DNA of 64,000 nucleotides from a virus: IMG/VR virus record IMGVR_UViG_3300045988_136394, positions 49,940 to 113,939 of that record; one strand, 5' to 3'. Shown piece by piece: positions 58,465 to 64,000 of this stretch (position 1 is its first letter; each line of letters starts with the position of its first letter). The notes under the pieces were generated by a model. It saw only the letters and a program-made list of their open reading frames with translations, ran no database searches and was not told where the DNA came from. The position numbers and the translations under genes were made by a program.

Positions 58465-59022
58465 ATGAATATTGATAACGCATTATATACCTTAAATATC
58501 GCGCCTGACGCCCGTCAGCTAACCGTTTTTATCGACGGTGAAGCAATTCCTCAAAGCCGACCCAAAATCGCCACACGGGGCAAAAATGGCGTTCCGTTGC
58601 CCCATGCTATCGCCTACTATAAAAACGCTTCCATTTACTATCGCCAGCAATGCGAATACTGTATTAAACAAGCTGTTCAAAAGTCAGGTATCTTTTTTAA
58701 AGATGTCGCCTTGTTTTGTGAGGTATATATTTTTTTACCTGTCCCTGCGTCAAAAAGTAAGAAGTTTAAAGCCGCTGTTGATGTCGGCGCAGAATTTCCA
58801 AAAGTCAAGCCGGACTGCGATAACCTTTTTAAAAATATCACAGACGCAGCCGAGGGCTTGGCATTCGATACAGATAGCCGCATTGTTTCTGTAAACATCC
58901 ATAAGCGTTATACCAACGGCGCACCGTTTGCTGTACTGCGGCTTACAGAAGTCAACGAAGAAATAACAGTCCTGCCATCTTTTGTTAAATTGTATAGAGA
59001 AAGCAAAAAAAGCAGAGGTTAA
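58465..59022 (+). CDS. rusA: RusA-like Holliday junction resolvase
   Basis: KPDCDNLFKNITDAAEGLAFDTDSRIV motif. Confidence 0.65.
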   Translation: MNIDNALYTLNIAPDARQLTVFIDGEAIPQSRPKIATRGKNGVPLPHAIAYYKNASIYYRQQCEYCIKQAVQKSGIFFKDVALFCEVYIFLPVPASKSKKFKAAVDVGAEFPKVKPDCDNLFKNITDAAEGLAFDTDSRIVSVNIHKRYTNGAPFAVLRLTEVNEEITVLPSFVKLYRESKKSRG

Positions 59023-59037
59023 AACCTCTGCTTTTTT
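59005..59037. terminator. Bidirectional intrinsic terminator between the convergent rusA and HNH genes
   Basis: A7-GCAGAGGT-TAAA-ACCTCTGC-T6. Confidence 0.6.
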
Positions 59038-59335
59038 ATTTACTGTAAATTGATTCGCCATATAGATTTATTAAATACTTCCGGCAGTATTCTTTTACAT
59101 CATTGCACTTTTTGCCGTGGTGTCGTTCTGTGTGGCAGTCCATACACAGAAGTACACCGTATTCTATTTGGTCGCTTTTTATCCCGTTATGTTCGTGATG
59201 AAACTTTTCGCCGGGGTCTACCCGATTACCGCAGTAAATACATTTATGCTGGTCGCGCTGGTGTATCCTTTCATTTAGCTTTGCTAACTTCTGCCCTTTA
59301 AGTCGTATGATTTTCGTTTTGGGTATCGGATTCAT
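59036..59335 (-). CDS. HNH endonuclease
   Basis: CIYCGN...HHEHNGIK...CMDCHTERHH. Confidence 0.6.
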   Translation of the reverse strand: MNPIPKTKIIRLKGQKLAKLNERIHQRDQHKCIYCGNRVDPGEKFHHEHNGIKSDQIEYGVLLCMDCHTERHHGKKCNDVKEYCRKYLINLYGESIYSK

Positions 59336-59350
59336 TATGTTTCCTTTCTG

Positions 59351-59551
59351 TTATTCTATTTTTTTAGGTTTAATGGCAGTTATTTTCTTGTCTAATATTT
59401 CTGTCAGGCAATTTTCGCAAAGCATTTCTATGTACATATCATATTCTTCTATTGTCGTCGGAAAACATTCTTTATTCGTTTTTCCGCATTTTTTGCAGGT
59501 CGCTAAACGCTTTTTATTTAAATCTACTAAAATTCCTTCTAAAATAAACAT
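59351..59551 (-). CDS. Small zinc-binding protein
   Basis: CKKCG...CENC. Confidence 0.3.
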   Translation of the reverse strand: MFILEGILVDLNKKRLATCKKCGKTNKECFPTTIEEYDMYIEMLCENCLTEILDKKITAIKPKKIE

Positions 59552-59556
59552 TTTCT

Positions 59557-59895
59557 TTATACCTCGTAATTTTCTTTTATTTTTTTGACCTCTGAATTGA
59601 ATTCTTCGACTAATACACTAGCCATAAGGTTTCCTCTAGCTACGCACCTGCAAAAACTTATAGGCTCTCCAAAAAATTTTCTGTGCTTGGCTCTTTCTTC
59701 TTCTGGTTGCGATTCTATAGCCTTTTGTAGATATTTTGCAAAATCACTTACCGTTACATCCGTAACTTTTGGTAAGAAAATATCTACATTGATATCTTTA
59801 CCTTTTTGGATATTCGTTAATATTGTTATCTTTTTCTTTAATGCGTCGTAAACATAAAGCTGTGCAGCTAACTTAATGATATCTCTAGCATTCAT
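59557..59895 (-). CDS. Hypothetical protein
   Basis: 112 aa. Confidence 0.3.
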   Translation of the reverse strand: MNARDIIKLAAQLYVYDALKKKITILTNIQKGKDINVDIFLPKVTDVTVSDFAKYLQKAIESQPEEERAKHRKFFGEPISFCRCVARGNLMASVLVEEFNSEVKKIKENYEV

Positions 59896-60083
59896 TTTAT
59901 TTGCTCCCTAAATTTAAAAGTGGCGATATTACGCCCCCGCAACGATACAAAAACCTCTTTAAATATTTCTTTGTTCTTTAGTCGGTATTCATAGCCTACC
60001 GACAAGCGAATTGTGATATTGCGCCGATAATATCCCCGTCGAATGCGGTAAAGTTTAGTAAAAAATCGCCCGTATTCAATCAT
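59892..60083 (-). CDS. Small basic protein
   Basis: 63 aa, Arg-rich. Confidence 0.3.
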   Translation of the reverse strand: MIEYGRFFTKLYRIRRGYYRRNITIRLSVGYEYRLKNKEIFKEVFVSLRGRNIATFKFREQIK

Positions 60084-60424
60084 TTTATCACTTCTTCCGT
60101 GTCGATTCCTAAAATATCAAAAATAGCTTTCATTTGTGAATAAGTAATGTCGTCTACTTTTATACTGTTTTGGTAATATTTGCGCGCTTTAATCATAAAT
60201 AGCCCTGTTTCGGCTTCTTCCAGCGTTGCAAAAGCTTTGACGTCTAAAGATGATTCTACAGCTTCTCCATTTGTTTTTTTATATTTATCATAATCAGTAT
60301 AAATATAAAGTATTCCAACTTTATTGACGGTTAATATTTCTATCTGCGGCTCTTTCAAGTATCCACGGTTTGAATTTAAAACAAATATTTTATCGCCGGG
60401 CTTTACATCCTTTAATGATTTCAA
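60080..60424 (-). CDS. Hypothetical protein
   Basis: 114 aa. Confidence 0.3.
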   Translation of the reverse strand: MKSLKDVKPGDKIFVLNSNRGYLKEPQIEILTVNKVGILYIYTDYDKYKKTNGEAVESSLDVKAFATLEEAETGLFMIKARKYYQNSIKVDDITYSQMKAIFDILGIDTEEVIK

Positions 60425-60762
60425 TTTAAAACATTCTCCCCTTTAAGCAGTATACTTCCTTTCGGGGTAACTCCTGAAAGCTCTTTTTTTATTTCTTTCA
60501 CTGCTTCTAGTTGTAGTAATAAAATTTGTTCAATATCATAATCTGTTGCTTTTTCCATGCTCAAAAAGCCTGCAAGCAAAACACTTTGCAATTTCAAAAA
60601 GATTTCTTCTGCGTCGTCCTGTGTTCCTGTAGTCATAAAAGTAACCGTTTCACCCATAAATAAGCAGAGTTCATTTTTCATTAACGCTTCTTCTACTGTT
60701 TTTAGCATGTTTTCATCACTTACTTTCTTTTCCGTTACGTTTATATCTAGTTTGTTGTCCAT
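60421..60762 (-). CDS. Hypothetical protein
   Basis: 113 aa. Confidence 0.3.
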   Translation of the reverse strand: MDNKLDINVTEKKVSDENMLKTVEEALMKNELCLFMGETVTFMTTGTQDDAEEIFLKLQSVLLAGFLSMEKATDYDIEQILLLQLEAVKEIKKELSGVTPKGSILLKGENVLN

Positions 60763-60850
60763 TTTCTACCTCTTTCCGCGCCATAATCTCCATATGGGCG
60801 TTTTTTATTTGTTTTAGGTGTAATGTGTTGCGCTTGTTGTTTAAAATCGT

Positions 60851-61191
60851 TCAAGGCTGCTTGTATCGTTTCATATAGTTAAATACTGACGTTTGTGGAA
60901 GTCCCACTGCGGCAGCAATCTTATATGAGCTGACACCGTTATTTTTCATTTCAAAAATTTGATTATGAAATTTTTCCCAATCGTGCGGGCTGTTTGGGTG
61001 TGGTTTAAACGGTGGAATTGCTTTCACCATTTTCGGCGGCAGGGGGGAATTTCTTCCTGTTTTGGTTTAAATGGCAGGCTTGCAATGTTTATATAATGTT
61101 CCCCTCTTACGCATTCTTTTAGGTCTAAAAACGGGCAGTAAACAGTATCGTTATGGCGGCGCAGGCGGTAGCATTTTAGGCAATCAATCAT
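60851..61191 (-). pseudogene. Zinc-finger plus HTH protein split into 55 aa and 59 aa ORFs at a G6 (minus-strand C6) tract; candidate late-gene activator
   Basis: ORF1 MIDCLKCYRLRRHNDTVYCPF...EEIPP and ORF2 MVKAIPPF...VSSYKIAAAVGLPQTSVFNYMKRY. One extra C in the tract at 61042-61047 fuses them into a 114 aa protein. Confidence 0.4.
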
Positions 61192-61499
61192 TTTTCTAAA
61201 CTCTTTTCTTTAGCTTCTTTTACCGAATTGCAGTATTCATCAATTTTTTCTTTGCTTAAATGCCTGTTGCCGTACTGCTTATATCCCTTGATTTTTTCCA
61301 ATACCTCGAAGGGGTCATAGTAATACCGTGTGCGTCGCCCTGTATGGAATTTAAATATATTCGTGCAATCTTCCCGCAGTTCTTTTAGCAGCTTTCCATA
61401 TTTCCAGCGTTCAATTGAGCAAGCTAAAATAATTCGTCCAACACGGTAGCCGCTTATAAATCCTTTTGCCTTTGCTGCTTCAATGCTGATATTCTGCAT
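61188..61499 (-). CDS. Hypothetical protein
   Basis: 103 aa. Confidence 0.3.
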   Translation of the reverse strand: MQNISIEAAKAKGFISGYRVGRIILACSIERWKYGKLLKELREDCTNIFKFHTGRRTRYYYDPFEVLEKIKGYKQYGNRHLSKEKIDEYCNSVKEAKEKSLEK

Positions 61500-61684
61500 T
61501 ATTCATTCTCCTCTTTATTGATTTTTTTCTTTAACGATAATAAACAAGCATTGCAAAGCTGAATATTATAGGTTTCGTATCCGGCTACGCGGATAATAAA
61601 GCTGTTCCGGCTCGCCCCAATATAACTTTTTCCACACCCGTCGCAAACAAAATCTTTTTTCTTTTCTTTTTTTAATTTAAGCAC
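61499..61684 (-). CDS. Small zinc-ribbon protein, GTG start
   Basis: CDGCG...CNAC. It follows 41 aa and 28 aa leader ORFs downstream of promoter copy C. Confidence 0.3.
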   Translation of the reverse strand: MLKLKKEKKKDFVCDGCGKSYIGASRNSFIIRVAGYETYNIQLCNACLLSLKKKINKEENE

Positions 61685-61962
61685 TTTATCACTCCCTTAA
61701 AATCTGCGAATAATATAAATATTTATCATAAAGGCTGCCAAAAAATAATAATGCGCCTATTAAAAATGCAGTTATCATTATATTCCTCGTCGTTATTCTA
61801 TGGTTTCCTGCGTTTTTTCAACTATATATTCTTCGAAATTTCCAAGAGTGTATAAATCAAAATCAATACACAGTTGTTTTAAATTTTTTCTGTTGATAAT
61901 TCTGTTTTCTTTAATCATGGTATCGCTCCCTTTATTTTTGTTTTTTCTTACCTCTTGTCTAT

Positions 61963-61991
61963 ATTATAGCCCCCCTTTATCCTGTTGTCAA
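61963..61991 (-). promoter_or_regulatory. Consensus TTGACA-17-TATAAT promoter (copy C)
   Basis: tgtcaa at 61986-61991 and attata at 61963-61968. Confidence 0.65.
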
Positions 61992-62014
61992 GTATTTTTT
62001 TGAAAAATTGCAAA

Positions 62015-62045
62015 ATAAAAAAGCAGGGCAAATACCCTGCTTTTT
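62015..62045. terminator. Bidirectional intrinsic terminator (copy C)
   Basis: A6-GCAGGGC-AAATA-CCCTGC-T5. Confidence 0.6.
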
Positions 62046-62049
62046 AGTA

Positions 62050-62334
62050 TTATGAATTTAATTTTTGGCGTCGTCGCAAACTTACTTCATAGTTGTGTTT
62101 ACGGATTTCTGCCAAGTGATACTCCGACGGCTCGAAGTACTTACAACGCGCGTTTCTTGCGGAACGTGGTAGATTGCACTTTAAATTTTTAGTGCAATTT
62201 AAGCAATTCTTCGTTACATTCCAGTAAGTCAAAGCTTGCTTTGCTTTTTCCGCTTTCGCTTCTTCTTCTATACGCTTGTTGATTAGCTCGAACGCACTGC
62301 CTAAAGGATTATCTCTGCCCAGTAACCCCCCCAT
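62050..62334 (-). CDS. Cys-rich small protein
   Basis: CLNCTKNLKC...C. Like 38836..39117, it is the last gene before a cassette terminator. Confidence 0.3.
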   Translation of the reverse strand: MGGLLGRDNPLGSAFELINKRIEEEAKAEKAKQALTYWNVTKNCLNCTKNLKCNLPRSARNARCKYFEPSEYHLAEIRKHNYEVSLRRRQKLNS

Positions 62335-62335
62335 T

Positions 62336-62803
62336 TTACTCTCCGTCTTTTAATGTTGCTGTTTCTTGAGGCAGGCGCGCACTAATCAGCCCTGCAAGAA
62401 TTTTTAATTCTTTATCATCTAGGCTTTCAACCAATTTAACTAAATCCAATTTGTTATTTTCAAGCAAGCCTATAATATGCTGGTTAAGGCACTCTAATAC
62501 ATTGCTTTCACTGATTAAAAGTGAAGCGTCTTTGAATAAATTAGCCGCTTGTTTTGCAGCTTCCGGGCTGGCTGTTAATTTTTCTGACCCATTCTTTAAT
62601 ACAAAACCATAGGCGGCGTCTACCGTCGCTTCTGTGTATCGCTTATGTTCAGCTATAGCGTTTTTTGTTGTTTCAAACTGCTTTTGCTGCTCAACGGTGA
62701 TTTTTACATAATACGGCTTTAATTCTTTTTCGGGCTTTAAATTTAGTGATTCTTCTGAAACTGTTGAATTTTTTTCTTTTAACGGTTTAATTTTGTCTGA
62801 CAT
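62336..62803 (-). CDS. Hypothetical protein
   Basis: 155 aa. Confidence 0.3.
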   Translation of the reverse strand: MSDKIKPLKEKNSTVSEESLNLKPEKELKPYYVKITVEQQKQFETTKNAIAEHKRYTEATVDAAYGFVLKNGSEKLTASPEAAKQAANLFKDASLLISESNVLECLNQHIIGLLENNKLDLVKLVESLDDKELKILAGLISARLPQETATLKDGE

Positions 62804-62820
62804 TTCGGCACTTCCTTTTT

Positions 62821-63309
62821 TTATTTTTTTATAATGCTATATGTTAAAGCGGCTGCCGCCACTACATATGCAGCATTTCGCTGCCTTTTAATGATTGTCA
62901 GTTTTTTCTTGCAGCTCTCTGAGTAGGCTGTCAACAATTTGTTTGCTTCGTCTAATAGCTTCTCTGTCTGCTGTTTCTCGGATATCAAGCTCGTTAACTG
63001 CTGCGTTTTCCCTGTCAAGGATTCTGTTAAGTTCTTCGAGTTCTGTTCGGCTATCTCTAATTTGTTCTGTAACTTGCTTACTATCTCCGACATTTGATTG
63101 TAACGCGATAACAAGTCCCTGTAACTCTGCGATTTCTCGTTGCTGCTGCTCTCTAGCTGCGTTAATTCCTGCTGTAGCTGCTGCAAGTCGCTTGTCCATT
63201 TCGCCGCCTGCCCGGGCGTAATAGTAATAGGTTGCTCCTGCGCCCAGCACAAGCCCGGCACAGGCAGCAATAATAAGGCTAGTAATACTGCTTTTATTAA
63301 GTTCCACAT
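62821..63309 (-). CDS. Alternative overlapping frame X: signal-peptide-like N-terminus, coiled coil, C-terminal hydrophobic segment
   Basis: MWNLIKAVLLALLLLPVPGLC... The two frames may both be real or one may be a by-product of the other's codon pattern. Confidence 0.25.
   Translation of the reverse strand: MWNLIKAVLLALLLLPVPGLCWAQEQPITITPGQAAKWTSDLQQLQQELTQLESSSNEKSQSYRDLLSRYNQMSEIVSKLQNKLEIAEQNSKNLTESLTGKTQQLTSLISEKQQTEKLLDEANKLLTAYSESCKKKLTIIKRQRNAAYVVAAAALTYSIIKK
62888..63307 (-). CDS. Transmembrane plus coiled-coil protein, GTG start (frame Y)
   Basis: An N-terminal transmembrane helix followed by a charged coiled coil. It lies wholly inside the overlapping frame-X ORF. Confidence 0.35.
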   Translation of the reverse strand: MELNKSSITSLIIAACAGLVLGAGATYYYYARAGGEMDKRLAAATAGINAAREQQQREIAELQGLVIALQSNVGDSKQVTEQIRDSRTELEELNRILDRENAAVNELDIRETADREAIRRSKQIVDSLLRELQEKTDNH

Positions 63310-63318
63310 ATTTAACCC

Positions 63319-63425
63319 CCTTTTATTTTTTGGTAAATCCACCAAAATAAATACGTGATTACTATTCCAATTATACCAGTAACAAGACTTATTACCAGCC
63401 CTTTTAATCCATTTTCTAAAAACAT
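63319..63425 (-). CDS. 35 aa transmembrane peptide (MFLENGLKGLVISLVTGIIGIVITYLFWWIYQKIKGG)
   Basis: Start is separated by 2 nt from the stop of the upstream ORF. Its own stop is followed after a few nt by the next start. One hydrophobic helix. Confidence 0.3.
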
Positions 63426-63427
63426 TT

Positions 63428-63691
63428 TTACAACTCCACTTTGCAAATTTTGAAATACCTCGGATTTTCGCTTTCTTGTTCAGCTTTTTCGTTCCATAAA
63501 TTCAATGTTTTTTGAGCTATAATAAGAATTGTTTCTAAATTTGATTCTGATGTCGTGCATTCTTCATTGTTTAAGAATGTTACTTTTCTGATGATACTTG
63601 GCGGCAATGTCACGAACACAGGGAATTTAGTTTTTTTCCCAACTTCGTGGATATAAATTTCAATTCTTTTATCATTTACCATAAAAATCAT
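63428..63691 (-). CDS. Hypothetical protein
   Basis: 87 aa. Confidence 0.3.
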   Translation of the reverse strand: MIFMVNDKRIEIYIHEVGKKTKFPVFVTLPPSIIRKVTFLNNEECTTSESNLETILIIAQKTLNLWNEKAEQESENPRYFKICKVEL

Positions 63692-63739
63692 AAGTAGCCT
63701 ATCCTCTCTGATTTTATTTTTGTTTTTTCCAATTTGTTT

Positions 63740-63907
63740 TTATACTTCGAGAAATGCACGGGTGAATTTCTCGACAACTATCATAACTTTTCCGCCTTTT
63801 ACGCTTTTAGCTGCTCTACGTGCTTCTGTTGTCGTTTCGTAACAGGTACTTCTGTCTATTACGTTATTGATTGATAAATAATACTTGCATTCTACCATTC
63901 TTTGCAT
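63740..63907 (-). CDS. Small ORF of about 55 aa, the first gene after promoter copy D
   Basis: AAGGGG Shine-Dalgarno upstream of the ATG. Below the length cutoff of the ORF track. Confidence 0.25.
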   Translation of the reverse strand: MQRMVECKYYLSINNVIDRSTCYETTTEARRAAKSVKGGKVMIVVEKFTRAFLEV

Positions 63908-63918
63908 TTTTCATAACC

Positions 63919-64000
63919 CCTTTATTTTTTATTTTTTCCTTACCTCTTGTCTATATTATAGCCCCCCTTTATCCTGTTGTCAAGTATTTTTTTGAAAAAT
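63919..64000 (-). repeat. Terminator-promoter cassette, copy D, truncated by the window end
   Basis: The promoter half is present; the terminator half lies beyond 64000. Confidence 0.75.
63955..63983 (-). promoter_or_regulatory. Consensus TTGACA-17-TATAAT promoter (copy D)
   Basis: tgtcaa at 63978-63983 and attata at 63955-63960. Confidence 0.65.

Larger units (their letters stand above)
61922..62046 (-). repeat. Terminator-promoter cassette, copy C
   Basis: Same element. Confidence 0.8.

Noticed and set aside
59036-59335. The HNH endonuclease as part of a homing intron or intein
   Set aside because: It is a free-standing 99 aa gene between a terminator and small genes and does not interrupt any host ORF. 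It is more likely a packaging-associated HNH.
24719-64000. Whether the four repeats are a CRISPR array
   Set aside because: The copies are 2-23 kb apart with no regular spacers. Each contains a promoter and an intrinsic terminator, not a CRISPR repeat. No cas genes are present.

Overview
The window reads as prophage or phage DNA, with almost every gene on the minus strand. Two complete contractile-tail (myovirus-type) head and tail gene sets lie in tandem and differ in base composition. (1) From 1 to about 17.7 kb is an AT-rich, PBSX/Clostridium-phage-like module. On the minus strand it runs small and large terminase, SPP1-type portal, gp7-like minor head protein, scaffold, major capsid, connectors, sheath, tube, a chaperone with a -1 frameshift extension, tape measure, gp25-like and J-like baseplate proteins, and fibre. 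Upstream of it (17.8-24.5 kb) are small accessory genes: a dUTPase, an HTH regulator, membrane peptides, a duplicated zinc-ribbon two-gene cassette and a methyltransferase remnant. (2) From 25 to 57.6 kb is a GC-richer Mu-like module. It runs small and large terminase, portal, Mu F-like protein, protease/scaffold, capsid, sheath, tube, chaperone with a frameshift, a short tape measure, hub, gpV spike, gp25-like W, J, gp48-like protein and fibres. Between the spike and wedge genes this module is split by a roughly 7 kb accessory island. The island holds an IS607-family element (serine-recombinase TnpA plus TnpB with a downstream omega-RNA-like region), a dUTPase fusion protein, an array of five tiny plus-strand promoter-terminator RNA units, a paralogous protein triplet, and a small family of genes that start MF(N/S)RR(L/V)L...SGG and carry G7/C7 homopolymer tracts. 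From 57.7 to 64 kb are early-type genes (XRE-like regulator, RusA, HNH, small zinc-finger proteins). A roughly 110 bp cassette occurs four times (24.7, 38.7, 61.9 and 63.9 kb). Each copy is a hairpin terminator followed by a perfect TTGACA-17-TATAAT promoter on the minus strand. No rRNA, tRNA, CRISPR array, integrase or recognisable endolysin was seen. All protein-family assignments come from motifs read in the translations with no database search, so confidences are moderate.
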